From: Bacillota bacterium
Lineage (GTDB): Bacteria > Bacillota > Sulfobacillia > JAJZYS01 > JAJYTV01
DNA: 33,362 bases
Assembly (NCBI GenBank): GCA_021806845.1
Contig: JAKAPV010000001.1
Span: 1 to 33,362, forward strand
Reading direction: 5' to 3'
The notes under the pieces were generated by a model, which worked only from the letters and a program-made list of their open reading frames with translations, searched no databases and had not been told where the DNA came from. Shown one piece after another: positions 15,338 through 23,642 of the stretch. The position numbers and the translations under genes were made by a program. How positions within the stretch are numbered: position 1 is the first letter of the stretch; the number at the start of each line of letters is the position of its first letter.

Positions 15338-16237
15338 TTGCGCCGCAGCGGCTACGCGATCGCGCTGATGGTCCTTGCAAACCTCTTCTGGAGCGGCAAC
15401 TACATCGCAGGCAGACTGCTCGGGCCCGCCATGCCGGCGCTCTTTCTGAACGGCGTGCGCTGGGGAGTGTCCGCAATCCTGCTGCTGCTCATCGTGCGCG
15501 CGCGCGGCGGCCTCGTACCGCTCCGGCGCGAGGCGGGCCTCTTCACCGTCCTCGGCCTGCTCGGCATGTTCCTCTTCTCCGCCCTGACCTATCTAGGTCT
15601 CCAGCAGGTGCCCGCAGCGCAGGCCGGCATGATTTCCGGCCTCATGCCCGTCACGATCATGCTGTTCGGCGCGGTGCTGACCCGGGAGCGGCCGACCCTC
15701 CTCGGCTGGATCGGCACGCTGCTCGCCGTTTTCGGCGTCCTCCTCCTGGTCGGTGTCCAGTTCGGCAACGGCATGCCCCTCGCGGGTGCGCTGGAGCTGC
15801 TCGCGGCCGCGGTCTCCTGGGGTGCCTATACCGCGCTCGGGCGCAGGGCCAAGGACCGCATGGCTCCGCTGGAGCTCACCGCGGGCGCGGCGACGTTCGG
15901 CGCCGTGCCAAGCGTCCTGGCGGGCCTCATCTCCCTGCATGGCGCAACGCTGCACATCACTCTCCTGACCATGCTGGCGCTCGCGTACGTCTGCACGGTG
16001 GCGTCGGTGGTCGCGTACTGGGCCTGGAACCAGGGGGTGGCCATCGTGGGGACGGCGCGCTCCGCGCCGCTTGGAAACCTCCTGCCGGTCTTCACTGTCG
16101 CGCTCGGCATCGCCTTGCTGGGAGAGCGCGTGACGCTGCTCGAGATCGTCGGCGGCGTCGTCATCGTGGCCGGTGCGCTGCTCTCGCAGATCGAGCCCGG
16201 CGGCGCGCGGCGCGTGCAGCGGGACACCGCCACCTGA
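15338..16237 (+). CDS. EamA/DMT-family transporter
   Basis: It has about ten hydrophobic segments. The N-terminus YAIALMVLANLFWSGNYIAGR is typical of EamA repeats. TTG 15338 is preceded by AAGGAGG and a C8 tract. The part of the ORF upstream of 15338 reads through IS/pseudogene sequence. Confidence 0.8.
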   Translation: MRRSGYAIALMVLANLFWSGNYIAGRLLGPAMPALFLNGVRWGVSAILLLLIVRARGGLVPLRREAGLFTVLGLLGMFLFSALTYLGLQQVPAAQAGMISGLMPVTIMLFGAVLTRERPTLLGWIGTLLAVFGVLLLVGVQFGNGMPLAGALELLAAAVSWGAYTALGRRAKDRMAPLELTAGAATFGAVPSVLAGLISLHGATLHITLLTMLALAYVCTVASVVAYWAWNQGVAIVGTARSAPLGNLLPVFTVALGIALLGERVTLLEIVGGVVIVAGALLSQIEPGGARRVQRDTAT

Positions 16238-16260
16238 TCGCCAAGGATCCCATCCGCGGC

Positions 16261-17040
16261 TCAGTAATGCCCGAGCGCGCCGCGGCTGCGGGCCCGCTCG
16301 TGCGCCGCCCCGTAGACGGCGTACCCGATCACGAGCCAGAGCAGCATGTTGACGATCCCGAGAAGCAGCCACGCCTCTTCCCCCGGGAAGCTCGACTGCC
16401 CGAGCGCCAGGTGGCGCAGCACGCCCATCTGCGGGCCGATCGGGACAACTACCGCGATGTACTTGAAGACGCCCGGAAGGTCCGTGAAGGGCGTCATCAC
16501 GAGAAACAGCACGCCGAACTGCAGGAGGTTCAGGAACTGGTTCGAGCGTTTGAAGAGGATCGTTACGCTGGCGACTAGGTAGCCGACGCCGAACGAGACC
16601 CCGATGGACAGGATCACGGGCACCAGCTCCAGCGGGGAGAAGTGGATGAAGTGCCCGGTCAAGACCATGATCAGCACGAGCGCGAGGCCCGTCAGCACGA
16701 AGTCATAGGCGAGATTCGCGACAGAGCGCAGCGCGAAGATCACGCGGATGGGCAAGGGCGCGAGACAGACCTGCTCGAGCGTCCCGTTCTGGGCCTCGTT
16801 CGCGATGGCCCAGCCCATGTTGCCGATCGCGCCCATCATCAGCGTCCAGAGCGTATAGCCGATGATGATGTCGCTGAGGCGGCTTCCAAGGATGCCGCGC
16901 CCCGCCATGTAGCTGCCGCCGAGGAAGAGCCCGTAGAAGACGATGGAGATGAAGAGGACTTCGCTCAAGAGTTCTGTCGGGTAGCGGAAGAGCTGGGTGA
17001 GTTCACGCCGCAGTTCGGCCGCCAGCGCGGTGAGGATCAT
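16261..17040 (-). CDS. ABC-2 type transporter permease
   Basis: It has six hydrophobic segments and is 259 aa from ATG 17040, which overlaps the ATPase stop (ATGA). The upstream extension of the ORF track is Arg/Pro-rich and implausible. Confidence 0.8.
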   Translation of the reverse strand: MILTALAAELRRELTQLFRYPTELLSEVLFISIVFYGLFLGGSYMAGRGILGSRLSDIIIGYTLWTLMMGAIGNMGWAIANEAQNGTLEQVCLAPLPIRVIFALRSVANLAYDFVLTGLALVLIMVLTGHFIHFSPLELVPVILSIGVSFGVGYLVASVTILFKRSNQFLNLLQFGVLFLVMTPFTDLPGVFKYIAVVVPIGPQMGVLRHLALGQSSFPGEEAWLLLGIVNMLLWLVIGYAVYGAAHERARSRGALGHY

Positions 17041-17984
17041 GGCTGCGCCCCCTCGTTCCCGTCGCCGTGCACATAGTGGCGAAAGACCGCGCCGAGGTCG
17101 GCCGTATCGCGGCTGGCGCGGACGATCGGGCATGGCTGCAGCCGCGCGATGACCTCGTAGAAGTCGCCCGGGGAACTGAGCACGACGCGAAAAGCCAGGG
17201 ACCCGTCGAACTCCGCGTCCCGCTTCGCCAGATACGCGCGCTGCTCCGCGCTCAGATTCCCTGCGAGTTCGAACACATAGGCGTCTCCGCTCAGGCGCTC
17301 GCGCACGACATCCGTCGGACCGTGCAGGATCACCGCCCCTTCCCGGATCAGCACCACTTCGTCCGACAGCCGCTGGGCGACCTCCATCTGGTGCGTCGTC
17401 AGGAGGATCCCGACGCCGTTCACCCGCGCCAGCTGCTCCACGAGCTGCTGGATGCGGTCCGCGGCGTCGAGGTCCAGGCCGAGTGTGGGCTCGTCGAGCA
17501 GCAGAAGGTTCGGGCGGTGCACCAGCGCCGCGCAGATGGCGACGAGCTGCTGCATGCCGCGGCTCAATTGCTGCACCGTCTGGTGCGCCTTCTCTTCGAG
17601 GCCGCAGAGGCGCAGGAGCTCGAGCCCACGCTCCCGCGCCTCACGGCGCGGCACCCCGCGAATGCCGGCCCAGTACTCGATGTTCTCTACCGGCGTGAGA
17701 CGCCAGTAGAGATTGCGGCTGCCCTCGAGCACGGCTCCGAGCTGCCGCCGCGCGGATGCGCCGGCGGTGCGCAGGCTGTGCCCCGCGATGCGCACGTCTC
17801 CCGCGTCCATCTTGACGAGTCCCGCGATCATCTTGATCGTCGTCGTCTTGCCCGCTCCGTTCGGGCCGAGGAAGGCAAGGATGCGGCCTGCGGAGAGCTG
17901 CAGGCTCACGTCGCGGACGGCGAGCACCTCCGCGCCGCCGCGCCTGCGGTAACTCTTGCGGACGGCTTCCACCTCAAGCAGCAC
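17037..17984 (-). CDS. ABC transporter ATP-binding protein
   Basis: Walker A is GPNGAGKTTT, the signature is LSRGMQQ, and Walker B is LLLLDEPTLGLD. GTG 17984 lies 7 nt after GGGAGG. The alternative start is ATG 17999. Confidence 0.9.
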   Translation of the reverse strand: MLLEVEAVRKSYRRRGGAEVLAVRDVSLQLSAGRILAFLGPNGAGKTTTIKMIAGLVKMDAGDVRIAGHSLRTAGASARRQLGAVLEGSRNLYWRLTPVENIEYWAGIRGVPRREARERGLELLRLCGLEEKAHQTVQQLSRGMQQLVAICAALVHRPNLLLLDEPTLGLDLDAADRIQQLVEQLARVNGVGILLTTHQMEVAQRLSDEVVLIREGAVILHGPTDVVRERLSGDAYVFELAGNLSAEQRAYLAKRDAEFDGSLAFRVVLSSPGDFYEVIARLQPCPIVRASRDTADLGAVFRHYVHGDGNEGAQP

Positions 17985-18002
17985 TGAACCGCCTCCCATC
18001 CA

Positions 18003-18887
18003 TCAAAGGTGCAGGCGCGACGCGGCCGCGGCCGCCATCTCCCCCAGCTGCGGCAGGAGCGCCGGGAAGGCATACCCGATCTTCCGTGCCGTCCCGGAGG
18101 ATACACGCAGCGATCCGCCCAGCACATAGGGAGAGCGGCGCGGGTCCTCAGGTGCGGCGACCGCGAATCGGGGGATCTTTCCGAGCCTATCTCCGATCGC
18201 GCGGCTGAGTCCCTGCGCGCTCAGGTAACCATCGTTTCCGCAGTTGATCGGTCCCGTGAAGGAGCTCGTTCCCAAAAACCGCAGGAAGTCCGCAGCGTCC
18301 CGGGCGGTGATGAACGTGATCTCCTGCTCCTGCGGCGCGACGCCGATCGTCTCGCCGCGGGCGACGCGCGCGACGTGGAAGTCGAAGCGTCCCGTGTAGT
18401 CGTCCGTCCCCGAGATCACCATCGTGACCCGCGCGGCGGCCAGGGGAAAGGGGGCGTGCCGGAAGAGATAGGCCTCCGCCTGCCGCTTGCCCTCGGCGTA
18501 GTCGTAGTCGGTGGCATCGAGGTCATACGGGTAATCCTCCGGCTGAAAGCCGCCCTCCTCCAGATCAGCGTCCTGGAACGGGTACACAGCCATCGACGAC
18601 GTGAGGATGTAGCGCCCAGCGCGGTCTCCCAGCGCATCGAGCGCCCCCTTCGCGTCGCGGGGCGTGTAGCAGATCTGGTCGTAGACGAGGTCGTACTCCC
18701 GCCCGCGCAAGGCCTGCGCGAGCGCCCCGTGGTCGCGGCGGTCCGCGCGGATGCGCTCCACCTGCCCGCATGAGCCGTCCTGCGCCTGGCCGCGGGTCAC
18801 GAGCGTGAGACTGTGACCTTCCTCGAGCAGGCGCTGCGCGAGGCGGCGCCCGAAGAATCTCGTCCCCCCAAAAATCAGCACCCGCAT
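18003..18887 (-). CDS. NAD(P)-dependent epimerase/dehydratase-family (SDR) protein
   Basis: MRVLIFGGTRFFGRRL is a Rossmann GxxGxxG motif. ATG 18887 follows GGAGGAGG. The ORF-track N-terminal extension (127 aa, Arg/Ala/Pro-rich) is rejected. Confidence 0.8.
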   Translation of the reverse strand: MRVLIFGGTRFFGRRLAQRLLEEGHSLTLVTRGQAQDGSCGQVERIRADRRDHGALAQALRGREYDLVYDQICYTPRDAKGALDALGDRAGRYILTSSMAVYPFQDADLEEGGFQPEDYPYDLDATDYDYAEGKRQAEAYLFRHAPFPLAAARVTMVISGTDDYTGRFDFHVARVARGETIGVAPQEQEITFITARDAADFLRFLGTSSFTGPINCGNDGYLSAQGLSRAIGDRLGKIPRFAVAAPEDPRRSPYVLGGSLRVSSGTARKIGYAFPALLPQLGEMAAAAASRLHL

Positions 18888-18919
18888 GCCGCGAGGACCT
18901 CCTCCATGTGCACCAGCGC

Positions 18920-19528
18920 TCACTCGATGACCGCGCCGCGCGACCTTGCGAGCGCCAGCGCGCCTGCAAGATCCAAGCGCACGCCGGTGAGGTCGAGCGT
19001 CCCGAGATCGACGCCCTCCAGCTGCGCGCCGCGCAGGTCCGCCCGCTGCAGCTTCGCGCCGTGCAAGACGGCCTGGCGGAGGTCCGCTTCGCGCAGGTCG
19101 ACCCCCTGCAGGTTGCAGCCGGAGAAGTCGGCCTCGCGCAGGCGCAGGCCGCGCAGGCACAGCCTGCGCAGGTCGAGTCCGCGCAGAGAGCAGTACGACC
19201 AGTCTCCCCCCTGCACTTCGAGCCCGGCGAGTCTTGCCTCGTCGAAGCGGCTGCCGGTCAGGCGGCACTCATGCAAAAGCCCTCCGAGCTGTGCCGCAGA
19301 GCCGCGGAAATCGCAGTTCAGGAACGAGGAGTTGCGGGCCGCGATACCGTTCAGATCGCTGCCGGCGAAGCTGCAATCGGAAAAGATACAATCGCTGACG
19401 CTCGCCTCGACCCACCTGGTACCGCTGAAGGTGCATCGCTCGAAGCTGCAGGTCTGCAGGTGAGAGGTGCTGAAGTCCTGCTTCGAAAAGTCTTGCCCGG
19501 CGAAGTGCTGCCCTTCGCACTGCAACAT
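18920..19528 (-). CDS. Pentapeptide-repeat protein, Qnr/MfpA/McbG-like (202 aa)
   Basis: Tandem A(D/N)LxX-type pentapeptides run through most of the protein (ADFSGCNLQGVDLREADLRQAVLHGAKLQRADLRGAQLEGVDL...). Its size and its C-terminal LDLAGALALARSRGAVIE tail resemble the gyrase-protecting members. Confidence 0.85.
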   Translation of the reverse strand: MLQCEGQHFAGQDFSKQDFSTSHLQTCSFERCTFSGTRWVEASVSDCIFSDCSFAGSDLNGIAARNSSFLNCDFRGSAAQLGGLLHECRLTGSRFDEARLAGLEVQGGDWSYCSLRGLDLRRLCLRGLRLREADFSGCNLQGVDLREADLRQAVLHGAKLQRADLRGAQLEGVDLGTLDLTGVRLDLAGALALARSRGAVIE

Positions 19529-19645
19529 TGGATTCCCCCCACGCTATGGTTCCACGGCCCTGCCGCACTTCCTGGCGCCGCTGGATAGGGCCTCCAGGCG
19601 TACCGCAAGGCGCCTTCCGGCCAGACTGAGATGGGAGGAGAGCGC

Positions 19646-20350
19646 ATGCGCATCGCGGCACTCTACGACATTCACGGGAACCTGCCTGCGATGGAGGCGG
19701 CACTGCAAGCCTGCCGCGGGGAAGGGGTGGCCGCCGTGGTGATCGGCGGCGACATCGCCGCGGGTCCGCTACCCTCCGACACGCTCGACGTGCTGATGGC
19801 GCTCGGGCCCTGGGCGGTGCCGATCCAAGGACCGCTCGATCGGGCGGTCGTATCCGCGTACGACCTTTTGATGGCCGGCAAGCGGCAGGAACTCGCCTCC
19901 TGCGACCCCATCGCCGCCTGGGCCGCTGGCCGCATCACCGCAAGGCACCGCGACTTCCTCGCGGGGCTGCCGCAAGAGGTCGTCCTGCCGGCCAGCGAGC
20001 TTGGCGACATCCGCTTTTGCCGCCAAAGCGCAGGCGACGGGGCCGACTCGCAAGCGGCCGAGGAAGAGGCCCTGCGCTCGCTCCTTGCGCGCCATCCAGA
20101 ACGGACTTTGGTCTGCGGCGGAACGCACAGAGCCGCTCTGCGCAAGGAAGATGGCAAAACGCTCGTCGACCCCGGCAGTGTCGGGCTGCCGGAGGATGAC
20201 GCCCCCGGCGCCTATTGGGCGGTCTTCGGCCCGGACATCGCGCTGCGGCGGACAGACTACAACCTGCGCAGCGCGGCACGGCGCATAGGGCGGTCCGGCA
20301 TGCCGGACGCGCGGGCTTTTGCGCAGACGTTCGTGCTCAAGCAAGCCTGA
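19646..20350 (+). CDS. Metallophosphoesterase (calcineurin-like)
   Basis: MRIAALYDIHGN and VIGGDIA are motifs I/II, and VCGGTH is a late motif. The ATG lies 5 nt after GGGAGGAG. Confidence 0.8.
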   Translation: MRIAALYDIHGNLPAMEAALQACRGEGVAAVVIGGDIAAGPLPSDTLDVLMALGPWAVPIQGPLDRAVVSAYDLLMAGKRQELASCDPIAAWAAGRITARHRDFLAGLPQEVVLPASELGDIRFCRQSAGDGADSQAAEEEALRSLLARHPERTLVCGGTHRAALRKEDGKTLVDPGSVGLPEDDAPGAYWAVFGPDIALRRTDYNLRSAARRIGRSGMPDARAFAQTFVLKQA

Positions 20351-20379
20351 CGCACATGCTCCTCGCGCCCTGCAAGCGG

Positions 20380-22281
20380 TCAGTAGGTGGGGCTGCCGGA
20401 GATCTCGCGCCAGGTCTGTCCGCCGTCTGATGTCGCGTAGACGCTGCTGCCGGCAAGGATCCAGCCGTGCTGCGCGTCGGAAAAGCTGACATCGGAAATG
20501 GCCAGCTGGTCGCCAAACGCCATCGGTTCCCAGGTCGCGCCCTGATTCGTACTCAGCCACAGATGCGTCGGGGACCACATCCAAAGCAGCCCGCCCGGAC
20601 CTGAACGCAACCCCAGGGGCAGGGCCTGCCCCTGGGACCAGTGCGGGATGGCCACGGGGCACCAGGCACCGCCGCGCTGCAGCCAGAGGTACGGGGTGCC
20701 CGGCGAGAGGGAGATCGCCTGCATGTCCCCGCCGAACCCATGAACAAAGACTTCGCGTTCTGTCGCCGTGCCGACGGCCATCACTCCGCCGCCTGAGCTC
20801 ACCGCGACGGCCACGGGCGAGAACGGCGCAGGCACCGCCTGCCAGGTCTCGCCGCCGTCTACCGTGGCAAAGAGGGTCCGGCCGGCGCCCGGCTTGTAGG
20901 CAACAAGGTAGCCAGTGTCGGCGTTCAGCATGCCGAGGGCTGCCGGGTAGTAGCCGGGCGGTGCCGCCGCTGCGGCCCACGTCAGCCCGCCGTCCTCGCT
21001 CCGGTAGAGCGTGTTCTGGCCGAGGACGAGATAGGTGCGCGGGCCGACGACGGCAAGGTCCGAGATCTGCACGGGCGCCCGGCCGGACATCTGCCAACTC
21101 TGGCCGCCATTCGAGGTGGTGAGGATGAGTGTGCCGTCGTACGCCCAGCCGGCGCCGACGCCGTCGAGCGGAGAGAGGAACGTGAGCGCCGTCGCCGGGC
21201 TGAGCGGCGGGTAGACGATCGTCCAGGTCCGCCCGCCGTCCTCTGTGGTGGCGAGGGGAGGGCCTTCGCCGTAGAGCAGCCACCCGTGCAAGGGGTCAGA
21301 GAACCCGACCGAAAACGCGTTGTCTGCCCCAGGAGCAAACGGAGGTTGCCAGACGGGGTGCCAGGTCGCGCCGCCGTCGGTTGTCGCGTAGATCCCTCCG
21401 CGGTCAAGGCCCATCCAACCGTCGAGCGTGCTCAAGAAGAACAGCGACCGTACGGTGCCGGAAAGCGGCAGGGCGCCGCCAGGCGCCGCGGCCCCGGCTG
21501 GTGCGGGCAGCAGGACGGAAGCGACGAGAGCCCAGTGGACGCCGCCGTCCGTCGTGCGGTATAGAGATTTCGCCTGCATGCCGGACCCTGCCTGGCCGCC
21601 GCAGAGCAGAAACCCATCGAGGGGTGTCGGGAACGAGAGGGCGAATATCTGCGTGCCGCAAGGCATCGGGTACTGCGTCCAGGTCTGGCCCCCGTCCGCG
21701 GTTGCGAGCAGGTCTCCGAATCGCGTCCCGCCCGCGGCGCGGACGGTGCCGCCGACGTAGCCGACGGACGGGCTGACAAAGCTGATGCTCTTCCCGGCAA
21801 AGCCCTGCGCGGAATAAACCGATTGCCACGTCGCTCCGCCGTTCTTTGTCGCCACGACCTGGGTCGACGTGCAAGTCTGGTGCTTGCAGACCGAGAGCAG
21901 CGCGTAGGCGGTCTGCATGCTGGAGGCGCTAAGTTCTACCGCCGGATTCGGCGTCACATAGAGGGTCGTCCAGTGCCTGCCGGCATCTGTCGTCCGCGCG
22001 ATGGCGGTCCCGTGCAGCAATTGTTCGATGGCCCAGCCGCCATACGGCCCGACCATCTGCACATCTGTCAGGAGCGGGTACTGCACGAGCGTGCCGGAGA
22101 TCACGATCGGGTCCATGGCCTGGAGTGAGCCGGCGAAGGCCGGGCGCAGTGAGGCAGCGGCGCGCGCCGGGGGCGCGGGTCTTGGGTGGGAACGAGGCGT
22201 CGCGCTTTGGCTCGCGCACCCGGAGAGCGCGGCCGACAGCGCGATCAGCAGCGCCGCGAGGCACCTGCCCGACGTTTGCAA
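20380..22281 (-). CDS. Secreted lipoprotein with ~11 BNR/Asp-box repeats (tandem beta-propeller, Ycf48/sialidase-like)
   Basis: The signal peptide has the lipobox LSGC. Repeated (S/T)xDGGxTW boxes include TADGGQTW, TTDGGVHW, TTDGGATW, TEDGGRTW, SEDGGLTW, TVDGGETW and TSDGGQTW. A TTG start follows GGGGAGGGAG. Confidence 0.8.
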   Translation of the reverse strand: MQTSGRCLAALLIALSAALSGCASQSATPRSHPRPAPPARAAASLRPAFAGSLQAMDPIVISGTLVQYPLLTDVQMVGPYGGWAIEQLLHGTAIARTTDAGRHWTTLYVTPNPAVELSASSMQTAYALLSVCKHQTCTSTQVVATKNGGATWQSVYSAQGFAGKSISFVSPSVGYVGGTVRAAGGTRFGDLLATADGGQTWTQYPMPCGTQIFALSFPTPLDGFLLCGGQAGSGMQAKSLYRTTDGGVHWALVASVLLPAPAGAAAPGGALPLSGTVRSLFFLSTLDGWMGLDRGGIYATTDGGATWHPVWQPPFAPGADNAFSVGFSDPLHGWLLYGEGPPLATTEDGGRTWTIVYPPLSPATALTFLSPLDGVGAGWAYDGTLILTTSNGGQSWQMSGRAPVQISDLAVVGPRTYLVLGQNTLYRSEDGGLTWAAAAAPPGYYPAALGMLNADTGYLVAYKPGAGRTLFATVDGGETWQAVPAPFSPVAVAVSSGGGVMAVGTATEREVFVHGFGGDMQAISLSPGTPYLWLQRGGAWCPVAIPHWSQGQALPLGLRSGPGGLLWMWSPTHLWLSTNQGATWEPMAFGDQLAISDVSFSDAQHGWILAGSSVYATSDGGQTWREISGSPTY

Positions 22282-22332
22282 GCCGCTCCCTCCCCGGACT
22301 GATCGTTTCTCGCCCGCGATCTGAGAACCTCT

Positions 22333-23529
22333 CTACGAGGACGGTACCGCAGGGCGCAGCCACGCAGTGATCAAAAGCCCTGCGAAGACGAATGCGGCGG
22401 CCACCGCGGACGCTGCGGCGAAGCCCCCGGTGCGGCCGATCAGGTAGCCGCTCAGGGCCGGCGCAACGACGGAGGCCAACATCCCGACGAAGTTCAGAAG
22501 GCCGAATGCCTGCCCATAGCCTGCCTCGGGAAGGCTCGACGTCACCTCGCTGAGGATCAGGGGATCGAGCACGAGCTTGCCGGTACCGCCATAGACGGTC
22601 AGCAGCAGCAAAATGACGGCAGGGTTGTGCGCTGCACCAAGCAGCGCGAGGGAGATGCCCGCCGCAGCCAGCAATCCGCGGATCTTGCGCAGGCGCTGCG
22701 CGCCCGCGGGTCCCCGCGCGCTCCAGAGGATCGTTGCGGGAAGCGCGACGATTGTAGGCCAGGCGGCCGCCGCTCCGAGCGCGAGTCCGCGCCAGGGGAC
22801 GAGGCCCGCGAGCGTGTACGGCAGCCAGGCGAGCAGGAAGAAAAACGCGTAGAGAGAGCAGAAGTTCAGGGCGAGCAGCAGCGCGAAGCGGCGCCGCCCC
22901 ATGCTCGGCGGGGACTGCGGGACGCTGCCCACGGGCGCTCTGCTCGTGCGGACGTCCCTTGGGGTCGCCATGTAGAGCACGGCGCCGACCAGGACCGTCA
23001 GCGCCCCCAGCAGCCAGACGGGGGTCTGCCAGGACGACCTGCCGAGCCCCGTCGCGACGAGATATCCGAGTGCGATCCCGGCGCCCATCCCCGCCGTGAT
23101 CACCGCGTTCGCGAGCGGCAGGTTGCGCTGGGGGATGCGCCGGGCGGTGACGGCGAACTGGGTCGGGTAGTAGAAGCCTTGGAAGAGGCCCGCGAGGGCG
23201 GAAAAGGCGAGCAGGCTGAGGTAGTTCGGCGCCAGCGCCGTCAGGGCGATGAAGACGCCGAAACCGATGTAGCCCACGCCGAGCAGGGTGCGTGGCGATA
23301 CGCGGTCGGCGAGCCGGCCGGCGGGGATCTGGACGGCCGTATAGGTCAGGAAGAACGCGGTCGACAGCAGCCCGAGCGCGGCCGGTCCGACGTGAAAGAG
23401 TTGGCCGAAGTCTCGCAGCAAGGGGCTGAGCACCGCGCGGTCGGCATAGACGAACAGCCAGCCTGCGGCCCCGAGCAGCGCCCAGGGCAGCCAGCGGAGG
23501 TCACGGTCGGGTCGCAGCAAGAGCGGCAC
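22333..23529 (-). CDS. MFS transporter
   Basis: It has about 12 hydrophobic segments and a GRLADRVSPR-type loop-2/3 motif. The GTG start is uncertain. Confidence 0.8.
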   Translation of the reverse strand: MPLLLRPDRDLRWLPWALLGAAGWLFVYADRAVLSPLLRDFGQLFHVGPAALGLLSTAFFLTYTAVQIPAGRLADRVSPRTLLGVGYIGFGVFIALTALAPNYLSLLAFSALAGLFQGFYYPTQFAVTARRIPQRNLPLANAVITAGMGAGIALGYLVATGLGRSSWQTPVWLLGALTVLVGAVLYMATPRDVRTSRAPVGSVPQSPPSMGRRRFALLLALNFCSLYAFFFLLAWLPYTLAGLVPWRGLALGAAAAWPTIVALPATILWSARGPAGAQRLRKIRGLLAAAGISLALLGAAHNPAVILLLLTVYGGTGKLVLDPLILSEVTSSLPEAGYGQAFGLLNFVGMLASVVAPALSGYLIGRTGGFAAASAVAAAFVFAGLLITAWLRPAVPSS

Positions 23530-23566
23530 CTCGCTCAGAAGGTTCCTGCAAAGACCGCCGATGTCC

Positions 23567-23607
23567 TCTAAAACGCGCCGCAGCGAGCGCCGAGGCGCCC
23601 GCTGCGG
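23567..23607 (-). terminator. Candidate intrinsic terminator after the symporter gene
   Basis: The minus strand reads CCGCAGCG-GGCGCCTCGGCGCT-CGCTGCGG, then CGCGTTTTAGAGG (U-tract separated from the stem by 4 nt, so imperfect). Confidence 0.45.
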
Positions 23608-23642
23608 GATGTCGCGCCAGGAGACTTCGGGGTGGGCCGCCG

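Noticed and set aside
18920-19528. Calling the pentapeptide-repeat gene a bona fide qnr fluoroquinolone-resistance determinant.
   Set aside because: Repeat architecture and size fit, but family membership cannot be established by eye. It is kept as Qnr/MfpA/McbG-like only.
19769-21283. A 504-aa minus-strand ORF, together with 26387..27898, 27321..28868, 28733..29830, 30697..32787, 5013..6284, 1215..2369, 8206..9240, 22627..23571 and 24483..25343.
   Set aside because: All are alternate-frame or antisense shadows of confidently identified genes (the BNR lipoprotein, rib genes, Lon-like protease, Emo, HdrCB, transporters). They have biased composition and no recognisable motifs.
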